DNA of 64,000 bases from Clostridia bacterium (lineage in GTDB: Bacteria; Bacillota; Clostridia; TANB77; CAG-508), in assembly GCA_017515985.1 (NCBI GenBank), contig JAFWDV010000019.1:4629-68628 (forward strand), written 5' to 3'. The notes beneath the pieces are model-generated. The model did not search any database. It worked only from the letters and a program-made list of their open reading frames with translations, and had not been told where the DNA came from. The translations under genes and the position numbers were made by a program. Below, in pieces: positions 52,099-62,223 of this stretch. Numbering within the stretch: position 1 is the stretch's first letter; every line of letters starts with the position of its first letter.

Positions 52099-52150
52099 GG
52101 GGACGGACTCATTTTTAAAGTACTAAAAAATGAGTCCGTCTCCTTTTTTT
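52099..52150. terminator. Bidirectional terminator (glmS 3-prime end)
   Basis: 15-bp perfect arms GACGGACTCATTTTT / AAAAATGAGTCCGTC with T-runs on both strands. Confidence 0.8.
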
Positions 52151-52183
52151 TCGTCCGCCTTTGTAGCTTCTTGTTTTTATTTT

Positions 52184-54019
52184 TTATTCAACAGTTACAG
52201 ATTTTGCTAAGTTTCTTGGTTTATCAACATCTAATCCTTTTTCTTTAGATATATAGTAAGATAACAATTGTAATGGTATTACAGATAGAATAGGAGATAG
52301 AAGTGGATTAGTTTTTTCTATATGTATTACATTTTCAAAATGAGCATTTGATAAATCTAGATTTGTTATAATAAATGTTTTAGCTCCACGAGTTATTACT
52401 TCTTGAATATTGCTTATTGATTTTTCTACTAAGTTTTCATCAGTTAAAATACTAATTACAGTTATATCTTTTTCAATCAAAGCAATAGGTCCATGTTTTA
52501 ATTCACCAGATGCATACGCTTCTGAATGTATGTATGATATTTCTTTTAGTTTTAAAGATCCTTCTAACGCAACATTGTAGTCTGATCCTCTTCCGATAAA
52601 GAACATATCTTTTTCACCATAAATTTGTTTTGCAAATGCTTTAACTTCATCAGCAGATTTTAATGAAGTTTCAACTTTTTGTGGTAATTCTAATATATCT
52701 TTTTTGATATTTTCAATTGCTTCTTGGCTTTGACTTCCCAAAATTTCAGCAAAGTATACAGCAAGAATTCCTAATAAAACAACCTGTGAAGTATAAGCTT
52801 TTGTTGAAGCAACGGCTATTTCAGGTCCTGCATGTGTGTAAATTGTGTAATCAGCTTCTCTTGTAATAGAACTGCCGATAACGTTTGAAACTGCTAATGT
52901 TTTAGCTCCGTTTTCTCTACAAAGTTTTAAAGCAGCAATTGTATCTGCAGTTTCTCCTGATTGGCTTATGAAAATGCATAATGTTTTGCTATCAACAATA
53001 GGATTTCTGTATCTAAATTCTGAAGCAATATCAACTTCTACAGGAATTTTACATAGATTTTCTATAAATTTTTTACCTGTTAATCCTGCATGCATTGCTG
53101 TTCCGCAAGCTACGATATATATTTTATTAATTGTAGATAGATAGTCCTTTGATATTTCTATATCGCTAAAGTCACATGGCTCACCTAATTTTAATCTTGA
53201 TCCAATAGTTTCTCTTATAGCTGTTGGTTGCTCATATATTTCTTTTAGCATATAGTCGTCATATCCATTTTTTTCAGCGGCTGTTGCTGCCCATTCAATA
53301 TTTTTAATTTCTTTAGAGTGTTCATTCAAGTTTTTGTCATAGAATGATATTGAATTATTTTCTATAACAGTGTACTCATAATCATCTAATAAATAAAAGT
53401 CTCTAGTATACTCAAGTAGGGCAGGAATATCAGATGCAATGTGATATCCTTCTTTGCCTTTTCCAATAACTAATGGACTGTCTTTTCTTACAACAATCAT
53501 TTGGTTAGGATATAAACTTGATAAAACTTCAATAGCAAAGCTTCCTTTTAAATCGGCAGTTGCTTTTTGAACGGCACTTAAAAATTTATTATCGCCTGAT
53601 TCTTTTGAAAAATAATAATGTATTAAGTTAGGTATAACTTCTGTATCAGTTTGAGATAAAAATTTATATCCATTATCAGTTAAAAATTTTCTTAAATCAT
53701 TATAATTCTCTATAATTCCATTATGAACTACAGCGAAGGTCTCGCTATTATCCATATGTGGATGAGAATTTTCTTTTGAAGGTTTTCCATGAGTTGCCCA
53801 TCTTGTATGAGCAATACCAATTGTTCCTGTTAGGTCTGTTAGACCAGGGATACTGTTTAAATTGCTAACTCTTCCTTTATCCTTCATTACACATATTTTG
53901 TTTTCTTCCATAGAAGCTATTCCTGCCGAGTCATAACCTCTATATTCTAGGGCTGTTAGCCCATTGATTAAAATTGGGTATGCTTTTTTTGTTCCAACAT
54001 ATCCTACGATTCCACACAT
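52184..54019 (-). CDS. glmS: Glutamine--fructose-6-phosphate aminotransferase
   Basis: MCGIVGY N-terminus, two SIS domains and a ...AKSVTVE end. Confidence 0.95.
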   Translation of the reverse strand: MCGIVGYVGTKKAYPILINGLTALEYRGYDSAGIASMEENKICVMKDKGRVSNLNSIPGLTDLTGTIGIAHTRWATHGKPSKENSHPHMDNSETFAVVHNGIIENYNDLRKFLTDNGYKFLSQTDTEVIPNLIHYYFSKESGDNKFLSAVQKATADLKGSFAIEVLSSLYPNQMIVVRKDSPLVIGKGKEGYHIASDIPALLEYTRDFYLLDDYEYTVIENNSISFYDKNLNEHSKEIKNIEWAATAAEKNGYDDYMLKEIYEQPTAIRETIGSRLKLGEPCDFSDIEISKDYLSTINKIYIVACGTAMHAGLTGKKFIENLCKIPVEVDIASEFRYRNPIVDSKTLCIFISQSGETADTIAALKLCRENGAKTLAVSNVIGSSITREADYTIYTHAGPEIAVASTKAYTSQVVLLGILAVYFAEILGSQSQEAIENIKKDILELPQKVETSLKSADEVKAFAKQIYGEKDMFFIGRGSDYNVALEGSLKLKEISYIHSEAYASGELKHGPIALIEKDITVISILTDENLVEKSISNIQEVITRGAKTFIITNLDLSNAHFENVIHIEKTNPLLSPILSVIPLQLLSYYISKEKGLDVDKPRNLAKSVTVE

Positions 54020-54049
54020 TAAAATCACAATCCTTTCTTGTTTGTTTTA

Positions 54050-54228
54050 TATTTGAGATATACGGATCTATGGTGCTGTGAATATTATTCTGTAACTGAC
54101 ATTGCTATCAGTTTTTGTAAATATTCTAATGACCAGCACATGGCCATAGAGCATCCGCCGAAAATTCGATAAACTCTAACCTCGTCAGCAATAGAGCATA
54201 TTTGATATATTCTATTGCTCTGGCGCTT
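54050..54228 (-). ncRNA. glmS ribozyme
   Basis: The minus strand reads A-GCGCCAGAG...CTGACGAGGTTAGAGTTTATCGAATTTTCGGCGGATGC, matching the conserved core upstream of glmS. Confidence 0.85.
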
Positions 54229-54375
54229 GAAAATTAACCTCCTTCATTTAAACTTTTGTATATCTTCAATATGCGCTAATAATATAATAAAAATAAAATA
54301 AATGCAACAAAAATATAATTGACACTAGATAGATATATGGTTATAATTTATGTAGATTAATTAGGAGGTAGAAAA

Positions 54376-54873
54376 ATGGAATTAAATATAGATATAGCGT
54401 ATGCTTATTTTTCTGTTATAATGATGATTGTAGGAATTTTTATAGGTGTTATATATACGATTCTATTCATAGGAAAAAGAGCTGGTTTATGGGGAATCTT
54501 TTCAAAGGCTGGCGAAAAAGAGTGGAAATCAATTGTTCCAGTATATAATCAAATAACATTGCTTAAAATATGTAAACTAAATCCATGGTTTATAGTATTA
54601 TATTTAGATTTTATAATTCCATTTATAGGATATATTGCAGGAAGAGATGTTAAGTGGATTACGATAATAATGCTAGTTGGATTACTAATATACAGATTTT
54701 TAATTGCAATTAGATTAGGTCAGGCGTTTAAAAAAGGTGATGTTTTCTCGTTCTTTACTGCATTCTTCCAATCAATACTATTTCCAGTATTAGGTTGCTC
54801 AAAGAATGAAAAATTCGGAGATATAGTAGTTAGAGATAAAAAGAAAATTAAAAGTGCGACAACTACAAAATAA
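54376..54873 (+). CDS. DUF5684-like membrane protein
   Basis: GLWGIFSKAGEKEWKSIVPVYN motif and multiple TM segments. Confidence 0.55.
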   Translation: MELNIDIAYAYFSVIMMIVGIFIGVIYTILFIGKRAGLWGIFSKAGEKEWKSIVPVYNQITLLKICKLNPWFIVLYLDFIIPFIGYIAGRDVKWITIIMLVGLLIYRFLIAIRLGQAFKKGDVFSFFTAFFQSILFPVLGCSKNEKFGDIVVRDKKKIKSATTTK

Positions 54874-54940
54874 AAAATAAACGAAAGAGACAGATGACTT
54901 AAAGTCAAATGTCTCGTTTTTAATAGTGAAAGGAATTTAT

Positions 54941-56734
54941 ATGTTTGATATCGAAAAAGAGCTAAAGAAACTGCCAGACAAGCCTGGCGTATATATTATG
55001 CATGATAAAAATGATAAGATTATTTACGTGGGAAAAGCTATTAATTTAAAAAGAAGAGTAACATCATATTTTAGAAAAACAAATAAAACTCAAAGAATTA
55101 AAAATATGGTTTCTTTAATTGACCATTTTGAATATATAGTGGTAGAAAATGAGGCGGAAGCTCTAATTTTAGAATGTAATTTAATCAAAAAGAATATGCC
55201 TAAGTTTAACGTGCTTTTGAAGGATGATAAAACTTATCCATACATAAAGGTTAGTGTTCAAACAGATTATCCGGATGTATATTTAACAAGACGAGTACTA
55301 AATGATGGAGCAAAATATTTTGGCCCATATGCTAATCCTGGAAGTGCAAAAGAAATGGTTGAGCTTATCAAGAATAAGTTTAAGATTAGACAGTGTAGAA
55401 ATTTTAAATATAAGGATAGACCATGCCTTAATTATCACATAAAGAAATGTATGGCACCATGTATGGGTTATGTTTCAAAAGAAGAATATAAAAAGCAAAT
55501 TGATGAAATTATAGATTTACTGGAAGGCAAGACAGATAAAATTATAAAAGAGCTGAAAGCACAAATGGATGAGGCATCAAAAAAGATGAACTATGAGCAA
55601 GCAGCATATTTAAGAGATAAAATTGTTGCAATACAAAATGTATCTGAACGTCAGAAAGTATCAAATATGGGCGAAAATGATATTGATGTAATTGGACTTG
55701 CAAGAAATGATATGGAAGTATGTATCGAAATTTTCTTTGTTAGAAAAAGTAAAATGATAGGAAGAGAGCATTATTTCTTTAGAGGATTACAAGATGAGGA
55801 AAAGTCAGAAATTTTATCAAGTTTCATAAAACAGTTTTATATTGGTAAAACAGAGTTACCTAACAAAATTATGATAAAAGAAGAAATTGAAGATAAAGAT
55901 GCTCTTGAATTATTGCTAACTAGCCAAGCTGAAAGAAAGGTTGAAATTAAGACACCACAAAAAGGTGAAAAACTAAGACTTGTAGAAATGGCTGAAAACA
56001 ATGCTTATGTAGCTTTAAGTAATAAGGAGCAGGAAAAACAAAATGTACTTACAGAGCTAAAGGATGTTTTGAAATTAGATAAATATCCAAGAAAGATTGA
56101 ATGCTATGATATATCAAATATTTCAGGAAATTATATAGTGGCTGGTATGTGCGTAATGGAAAATGGCGTAATAAAGAAAAACTTAGCTAGAAGATTTAAA
56201 ATAAAAACAGTTGCTTTTAATCAAGATGATCCTAAATGTATGAATGAAGTTATTTATAGAAGGCTAAAACATTCTATAGATAAGGAAGATGACGGTTTTG
56301 GGGCTTTACCAGATGTTATTTTTGTAGATGGAGGAATTACTCAAATTAGAGCTGCAAAGCAGGCTATGTTAGATTTAAATCTAAATATACCAATTTTTGG
56401 TATGGTTAAAAATGATAAGCATCAAACAAGAGCTTTAATGAATGAAAATAGGGAAGAGCTTAAAATTTCTGAAATATTGTTTAACACTATAACCATGTTC
56501 CAGGATGCAGTTCATGATACTGCTATTGGATATCATAGAAAACTTAGAGACGAGGCTATGACTAAGTCGAAATTGGATGAAATTCCAGGTATTGGTACTG
56601 CAAAAAAGGCTATGCTCTTGAAAAAATTTGGAAGTACTGATAAAATAGCAAAAGCTTCAATTGAAGAGCTAAAAGAAATAAAAGGAATAAATGAAAGTTT
56701 AGCTGAGATGATACTTAAATATTTAGCTGAATAG
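54941..56734 (+). CDS. uvrC: Excinuclease ABC subunit C
   Basis: GIY-YIG (PGVYIMHD...IIYVGKA), UVR domain, and a C-terminal (HhH)2. Confidence 0.95.
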   Translation: MFDIEKELKKLPDKPGVYIMHDKNDKIIYVGKAINLKRRVTSYFRKTNKTQRIKNMVSLIDHFEYIVVENEAEALILECNLIKKNMPKFNVLLKDDKTYPYIKVSVQTDYPDVYLTRRVLNDGAKYFGPYANPGSAKEMVELIKNKFKIRQCRNFKYKDRPCLNYHIKKCMAPCMGYVSKEEYKKQIDEIIDLLEGKTDKIIKELKAQMDEASKKMNYEQAAYLRDKIVAIQNVSERQKVSNMGENDIDVIGLARNDMEVCIEIFFVRKSKMIGREHYFFRGLQDEEKSEILSSFIKQFYIGKTELPNKIMIKEEIEDKDALELLLTSQAERKVEIKTPQKGEKLRLVEMAENNAYVALSNKEQEKQNVLTELKDVLKLDKYPRKIECYDISNISGNYIVAGMCVMENGVIKKNLARRFKIKTVAFNQDDPKCMNEVIYRRLKHSIDKEDDGFGALPDVIFVDGGITQIRAAKQAMLDLNLNIPIFGMVKNDKHQTRALMNENREELKISEILFNTITMFQDAVHDTAIGYHRKLRDEAMTKSKLDEIPGIGTAKKAMLLKKFGSTDKIAKASIEELKEIKGINESLAEMILKYLAE

Positions 56735-56747
56735 GGTAGGAGAGAAA

Positions 56748-57458
56748 ATGATTGTAAAACGTGAATTTTTTATAGGATTTAGAGATGTAGATGTAAATTC
56801 AAAAATGAAGAATAGCTCTATACTAAATCTTTTTCAAAACATAGCATGTATCCATTCTATAGAAATAGGAAGAAAGTTTAAAGGAATGGCATCTACATGG
56901 ATTTTAACTGGGTATAAAGTTGATATAAAGAAAAGACCTGTGTATGGTCAAATAGTTACTGCAAGTACATGGGTTAAAGAAATGAAAAATATTTTGGCTG
57001 TAAGAGAATTCGAAATAAGAGATGAAGAAGGCAACGTAATGGTAACCGCAATTTCTAACTGGGCTCATATGTCTAATAATAAATTGTCAAAAATTCCAGA
57101 GGGAAGCGAAGAATCATATGGATTAGAGCCAGATGTAACCAATTATGATGTATCTAAATTAACTAAAATTCAAGAGCCAGAAAATTTTGAGCTTGAAAAA
57201 TCATATAACATTGATTGGAACTGGATTGATGTTAATCATCATTTGAATAATATTTATTATATGGATATTGTTGATATGGTAATTCCAGATGATAAAAAGA
57301 CTGAAATGTGTAAGAGCTTCGAGATTTCATATAAAAAAGAGGTAAAATATAACGAGAAAATTAAGGTCTTTTATGTCGAAGAAAATAATAATTGCTGGAT
57401 TGTTGTAAAAAGCGAAGACTTATCGGTAGTTCATACTGTTATAAAATTGGTTTATTAA
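56748..57458 (+). CDS. Acyl-ACP thioesterase
   Basis: Double hot-dog pattern with DVN..MKN and DVNHHLNN. Confidence 0.7.
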   Translation: MIVKREFFIGFRDVDVNSKMKNSSILNLFQNIACIHSIEIGRKFKGMASTWILTGYKVDIKKRPVYGQIVTASTWVKEMKNILAVREFEIRDEEGNVMVTAISNWAHMSNNKLSKIPEGSEESYGLEPDVTNYDVSKLTKIQEPENFELEKSYNIDWNWIDVNHHLNNIYYMDIVDMVIPDDKKTEMCKSFEISYKKEVKYNEKIKVFYVEENNNCWIVVKSEDLSVVHTVIKLVY

Positions 57459-57537
57459 AGAAATAATTTTTTATAAAATGATATATAATGAAATGAGACC
57501 CATCGTCTTTTTACAGAAATGGGTCTCACTTTAGGCT

Positions 57538-58368
57538 TTATTGCTTTATTTCTTCTTTTGGAATCAAATTGTAATCAAACATAACTTGTGAGTGGTTATC
57601 CCAAATAAGTTCCTTATTCAAAAGATTCTCTGTTTCCTTATCAATAGTATTTCTATATATTTTCGATATTCTATAGTATTTATCATCATTTTTTTCGAAA
57701 TGATGATCTTCTTCAATTAATTCATAACGAAGAGGAAAGTCTCGTTCACTTCTCAATTCTCCATACAATTTTGTGTCATCACACCATAATAAAATTTGTA
57801 TATTTTGGTCAGTATTGTTTTTAAATCTATAATCAATATAATTATAATTGACTGATGTTCCGTTTGCCATAGGTACTCTATGTCCAATATCACAGGCTAA
57901 TGCATCAGAATGTTTGTGAAATTCCACAATTTGTAGGGGAGTATGTAAAACTAAATTATTAACTGCATTTGCTAAATTACATAATCCGCCACCTGTACCA
58001 GTGACTAATTTATTTGATTTAAGTACACGACCATCTTTATAGCCTTTTCTTTTATTTACAGAGCCAACTGTTTTCCAGAAAGAAAAAGTTTCTCCAGGAC
58101 GTATTATAATTCCATTAATTTTACTTGATGCAACCTTTATATTTACAGCTTTATTTTCTTGAGTTCTAGGATCTATTTCTTTGCCTTTTTTTATCATAAC
58201 TGTGCTATACTCGTATACTAAATTTGATAGCTTTTGAGTTTGCTTTGTTTTTGAGAAATTTTCTTTACTAAATAAGTCTCTTGCTTTTCTTACTAATATA
58301 CATTTATATGTAGATATGGTCCAAAAAAATGGATTAATGTCACAAAAATTTTTATTTTTAAATAGCAT
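57538..58368 (-). CDS. VanW-family protein
   Basis: GTGGGLCNLANAV and the conserved VanW domain core. Confidence 0.75.
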   Translation of the reverse strand: MLFKNKNFCDINPFFWTISTYKCILVRKARDLFSKENFSKTKQTQKLSNLVYEYSTVMIKKGKEIDPRTQENKAVNIKVASSKINGIIIRPGETFSFWKTVGSVNKRKGYKDGRVLKSNKLVTGTGGGLCNLANAVNNLVLHTPLQIVEFHKHSDALACDIGHRVPMANGTSVNYNYIDYRFKNNTDQNIQILLWCDDTKLYGELRSERDFPLRYELIEEDHHFEKNDDKYYRISKIYRNTIDKETENLLNKELIWDNHSQVMFDYNLIPKEEIKQ

Positions 58369-58370
58369 TT

Positions 58371-58910
58371 TTAATTTCCTCCCATTGTATCAATATTTCC
58401 AAGTCTGTTTTGAAATTTTTTATTTTTCCTATACATTTTTAAAATTAAATTTTCTAATTGTCTTCGTTTTCCAATTTTAGTTTCATTATTAGATCTAATA
58501 AACTTAACTAATATATTTGCTATTCCACTTTTATTCGCACCTAAAATATCTGTGAAAAGCTGATCTCCTACAAATACAGTTTCTTCTTTTGTTAGGCCCA
58601 TCATTTCTACAGCTTTCAAATAATTAGTTGTTTTTGGTTTTTCTGCTTCACATATATATAAGGAATCAATATTTTTAAGAAATCTTTTTACTCTTTCTTC
58701 ATTATTGTTTGATAATAAAAGAGTTTTAAATCTCATATTTTGAATCGTCTTAAACAATTCATCTATTTCTTTTGTTGAGTCATCTCCATGATGAACCAAT
58801 GTGTTATCTATGTCGAAAATTATCCCTCTGTATCCTTTTTTAAACAATTTATTATAATCAATACAAAACACGCTATCAACGTATTCGTAAGGATATAAAA
58901 GCTTAAACAT
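58371..58910 (-). CDS. YqeG-family HAD phosphatase
   Basis: IIFDIDNTLV and VGDQLFTDILGAN motifs. Confidence 0.75.
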   Translation of the reverse strand: MFKLLYPYEYVDSVFCIDYNKLFKKGYRGIIFDIDNTLVHHGDDSTKEIDELFKTIQNMRFKTLLLSNNNEERVKRFLKNIDSLYICEAEKPKTTNYLKAVEMMGLTKEETVFVGDQLFTDILGANKSGIANILVKFIRSNNETKIGKRRQLENLILKMYRKNKKFQNRLGNIDTMGGN

Positions 58911-58990
58911 TTCGTCCTCCTTTTTTCAATTGTCTATATTTTTTGACATTTTCTATTATAATATTAATAAAAAAAAATACAACTATAAAT

Positions 58991-59040
58991 TACAAAAAAG
59001 ACTAACTAAAGTTAGTCTTTCTCTGGTGCGGATGAAGGGA
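58991..59040. repeat. Duplicate of the tRNA-Leu 3-prime end (17-18 nt) plus terminator hairpin
   Basis: An imperfect direct repeat of about 50 bp matching 59162-59211. Differences in the hairpin are compensatory (GACTAAC/GTTAGTC against GACTAGC/GCTAGTC). Confidence 0.7.
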
Positions 59041-59194
59041 GTCCTGCGGACCAAAGGCGCGTCGGTAAAAAGGTCTACAAGACCTTTTTAGCTTTCGCTG
59101 TGGCTGGCTCCAGACCAGCTCACAGCTTAGCAACCTCCTTTTCAAGTCCCTTAGTTTAGGGTACAAAAAAAGACTAGCTTTGCTAGTCTTTCTC

Positions 59195-59278
59195 TGGTGC
59201 GGATGAAGGGACTTGAACCCCCACGTCGTTGACACTGGTTCCTAAGACCAGCGCGTCTGCCAATTCCGCCACATCCGC
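59195..59278 (-). tRNA. tRNA-Leu (anticodon UAG), CCA encoded
   Basis: GCGGATGTGGCGGAATTGGCAGACGCGCTGGTCTTAGGAACCAG...GGGGGTTCAAGTCCCTTCATCCGCACCA with a long variable arm. Confidence 0.9.
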
Positions 59279-59385
59279 ATATTTCATATAAAGCAATGAT
59301 ATTGCTCATCTGAAACTTATAATATATTAGCACAACTATTTCAGACTTGTCAATACTTTTTCAAAAATTAAATGTTTAAAGCATA

Positions 59386-59414
59386 TTTGACAATAAAAAG
59401 AATATTACATATAA
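59386..59414 (+). promoter_or_regulatory. Consensus sigma-A promoter TTGACA-17-TATAAT followed by a structured leader of about 95 nt
   Basis: Read directly. The leader contains hairpins CACAC/GTGTG and CCGGCAGGTA/TACCTTGCCGG. Confidence 0.6.
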
Positions 59415-59511
59415 TAGGTTCATACATTGTTCGCATAAGCCAACACACTTTAGTGTGGCCGGCAGGTACCGTATACCTTGCCGGTTTCCGCCATCTTGTG
59501 GAGGTGATACG

Positions 59512-59730
59512 ATGGCAAAGTTTTTACATCTGTTTACGTTTGAGGTATGGTTTGATGATGGACAGCAGCAAAATATTGATTTAAAATTTCCATCTGACAA
59601 TCCAATACTGACGACAAAGGAATTTTTCAATGCGAAGCGGATTTTAACCAAGCGTATTGAAGAGGCAAGTCACAAAAGCGTAGATTCGATGGTACTCATT
59701 AACTCGGTTTTCTTCAGAAATGAGGAGTAG
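59512..59730 (+). CDS. Hypothetical 72-aa protein in a GC-richer patch
   Basis: GGAGGTG RBS and a terminator at about 59735-59790. It contains an in-frame CGG (59638-59640) that reads through. Confidence 0.45.
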   Translation: MAKFLHLFTFEVWFDDGQQQNIDLKFPSDNPILTTKEFFNAKRILTKRIEEASHKSVDSMVLINSVFFRNEE

Positions 59731-59929
59731 AGCCAGACAAAAAGCATATTGTACCCTGAGCGGTATGATATGCTTTTTGCATTCTGTGTGGCGCAATTTA
59801 TAAGCGTTTACGAATGTTATATTTAAAAAATAAATAATACATATAACAATCTATTGTTTTTTATTTTTCATTAAGTTATAATTTAGAAGGAGATAATAAC
59901 AAGATTTGAAAACAAATGGGGGGAAAAAA

Positions 59930-60100
59930 ATGGAGAAGTTTTTAAATAAGAAAGTCGGCATAACAACATGTATGGGTGGTGCATACGGTGCGGCAGAGTA
60001 TTTTAAAGGAGTGCTTACATCTTTTGACGATGACTTTATTTGTTTGAATGGAAAGACATTCATTTGTAGAAAATACATTTTAGCTATAGATGTAAGATAA
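59930..60100 (+). CDS. Hypothetical 56-aa protein
   Basis: ORF with a GGGGGG-type RBS. No family recognised. Confidence 0.35.
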   Translation: MEKFLNKKVGITTCMGGAYGAAEYFKGVLTSFDDDFICLNGKTFICRKYILAIDVR

Positions 60101-60163
60101 TATTTTATAAAAAAAGAAAGATGGGTGGCATTTTTATGTGCCAACCCATTTTTTGATGAAAAT

Positions 60164-60829
60164 TCAATACATACTTAATTCTTCTGGATATGGAATTTTG
60201 CTTGTGCTATACCACAAATCTACGCCTTGATCATAGTTTGGATAATATAGTAATTGTCCAAAGGAATAAATCGATAAATTGTATAGCTGAATTACAAGCG
60301 AATCATCTCCAAAGATTGCCTTTTTGACCTCTCCCAGTTCGTACCAGTTAGGCCAACCGTTTTGAGAAGTAACTCGTACACGTGTCCATTCATCACTTTT
60401 TTCGTATTCATACACTATTAAAACTTTTCCTGATACTAATACAAGATTGTATGTGTAAGCAGGTGTTTTATTGAAATTTGGAAGTTTGAATTTGTCATCC
60501 TTATATTGCCACAAATGTAGACAATAGGGTGCAACATTAGCATATTTCTCTTTTGGAGGATGGTATTGAATGACAATTTCATCATCTTCAAAGAGCAATT
60601 TGCGTACTTCTTTCATTTCTCTAAATGTAGGATAACGATAAGTGAGTGAGCAGGATACATGTTCCCAAAGCTTACTGTTGAAAGGTTTTTCCACGGTGAC
60701 AGTAGCGGTTTCTCTGGAGCATTCCAGTGGAATGTTAAAGATACCAGTCTGCATTTTTTGTGTTCTATCTATATATGCAGATGCAGGCTCTCTAACCCGG
60801 AAACGGTTTAAAGTTTTTAGAACTTTCAT
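60164..60829 (-). CDS. Protein with two tandem copies of a phage-associated W-x-H/R-V-S...LW domain
   Basis: Repeat 1 is WEHVSCSLTYRYPTFREMKEVRKLLFEDDEIVIQYHPP...LHLWQ. Repeat 2 is WTRVRVTSQNGWPNWYELGEVKKAIFGDDSLVIQLYN...DLWY. GC-richer than the flanks. Confidence 0.5.
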   Translation of the reverse strand: MKVLKTLNRFRVREPASAYIDRTQKMQTGIFNIPLECSRETATVTVEKPFNSKLWEHVSCSLTYRYPTFREMKEVRKLLFEDDEIVIQYHPPKEKYANVAPYCLHLWQYKDDKFKLPNFNKTPAYTYNLVLVSGKVLIVYEYEKSDEWTRVRVTSQNGWPNWYELGEVKKAIFGDDSLVIQLYNLSIYSFGQLLYYPNYDQGVDLWYSTSKIPYPEELSMY

Positions 60830-61011
60830 GCTTTGTTGCAACTCCTTTCAAGGTGTAGTTCACATATGATATCACGAAAAAAATGAAGAGTCAAGCGGTA
60901 AGATATGCATTATTAATATTAACTGCATAGTTATATTACAAAATAATCTTGACAATGAAAATAATATAGATATACTCAATGTATAAAATAATAAATTGAA
61001 AGGAATTTTTT

Positions 61012-61866
61012 ATGGTTGATTTATTAATTATTGGTGCAGGACCCGCAGGTGTAAGTGCTGCAATTTATGCTAAAAGATTAGGTATTAGTGTTAAAATTTT
61101 ATATAGTGGTGAATCAAATTTAGAAAAGGCTAGTCAAATAGATAATTATTATGGGTTTGAAAATGGAATATCTGGAAAAGAATTATACGATAAGGGTGTT
61201 ATTCAAGCGAAAAATCTTGGAATTGATGTTGACAACGAAGAGGTATTTAATATTGGTAAAGAAAATGATTTATTTTTTGCTGAAACCGAGAAGGAAAGAT
61301 ATATTTCAAAAGCTGTAATTATTGCAACTGGTAATAAAAAAATAAGGCCAGATATAGAGGGATTAGTAGACTACGAAGGAAAAGGAATCAGTTATTGTGC
61401 AATATGTGATGGATTTTTTTATAAGAATAAAAATGTTGTTGTAATTGGTGATGGAAAATATGCCATTAATGAGGCAAATAATTTAAAAAATGTTGCAGAA
61501 TCCGTTACTATTTTAACAAATGACGAAAACACTATTGAAAATTCAGAATTTGAAGTTGTTGCCAAAAAGATAAATAAGATATTTGGTGAAAATAAAGTTC
61601 AAGGTATAGAATTTCAAGATGGTGAGAAAATGTATGTTGATGGAGTTTTTATTGCAGTAGGCGAGGCTGGTGGAACAGATTTTGCACGAAATCTAGGGAT
61701 AGCTTTAGAGAAAGATTCAATTGTTGTTAATGAAGATATGCAAACAAATATTGAAGGTTTATTTGCATGTGGAAATGCTGTGGGCGGTTTGCTTCAGGTA
61801 TGCAAATCAACATATGAAGGGGCTAAAGCTGGTTTATCAGCCGCTAATTATGTAATGAATAAATAA
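61012..61866 (+). CDS. trxB: Thioredoxin-disulfide reductase-like flavoprotein
   Basis: GAGPAG FAD motif and redox CAICDG. Confidence 0.8.
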   Translation: MVDLLIIGAGPAGVSAAIYAKRLGISVKILYSGESNLEKASQIDNYYGFENGISGKELYDKGVIQAKNLGIDVDNEEVFNIGKENDLFFAETEKERYISKAVIIATGNKKIRPDIEGLVDYEGKGISYCAICDGFFYKNKNVVVIGDGKYAINEANNLKNVAESVTILTNDENTIENSEFEVVAKKINKIFGENKVQGIEFQDGEKMYVDGVFIAVGEAGGTDFARNLGIALEKDSIVVNEDMQTNIEGLFACGNAVGGLLQVCKSTYEGAKAGLSAANYVMNK

Positions 61867-61884
61867 TAAAATTGGAGGTAAATT

Positions 61885-62196
61885 ATGAGTGTTTTAAAAT
61901 TAACAAGTGAAAATTTTGAAAGTGAAGTGAAAAAATCAAATGGAACAGTAATTGTGGATTTTTATGCTGATTGGTGCGGTCCATGTAAGATGATGTCGCC
62001 AGTAATTGATAATATTGCAGAGGAACTTGGTGATAGCGTTAAAGTTGGAAAAGTTAATACAGATGAAAATATGGATTTAGCAGAAGAATTTGGAATAATG
62101 AGTATACCAACAATAATGATATTCAAGGATGGACAAGTGGAAAAAGTTTTTCATGGTGTTACTTCTAAAAGTGAATTATTGGATGCATTAAAGTAA
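61885..62196 (+). CDS. trxA: Thioredoxin
   Basis: WCGPC active site, 103 aa. Confidence 0.9.
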   Translation: MSVLKLTSENFESEVKKSNGTVIVDFYADWCGPCKMMSPVIDNIAEELGDSVKVGKVNTDENMDLAEEFGIMSIPTIMIFKDGQVEKVFHGVTSKSELLDALK

Positions 62197-62223
62197 TAAA
62201 ATACGTAAATGGAGGATTTATCA

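Noticed and set aside
51888-52112. 74-aa ORF on the minus strand
   Set aside because: It overlaps tRNA-Glu and the glmS terminator, and it has no coding signal.
59041-59161. The GC-rich insert interpreted as a tRNA, tmRNA or SRP RNA gene
   Set aside because: No 5-prime acceptor strand is available to pair with the CATCCGCACCA end, and no tmRNA tag reading frame or SRP domain IV motif could be found by eye.
59002-59333. ORFs of 77 and 60 aa on the minus strand
   Set aside because: They run through tRNA-Leu and the duplicated terminators, so they are artefacts.
59415-59511. The structured leader interpreted as a known riboswitch (preQ1, ZTP, fluoride or guanidine classes were considered)
   Set aside because: None of the conserved core motifs I know for these classes is present. 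It is kept only as an unexplained structured leader.
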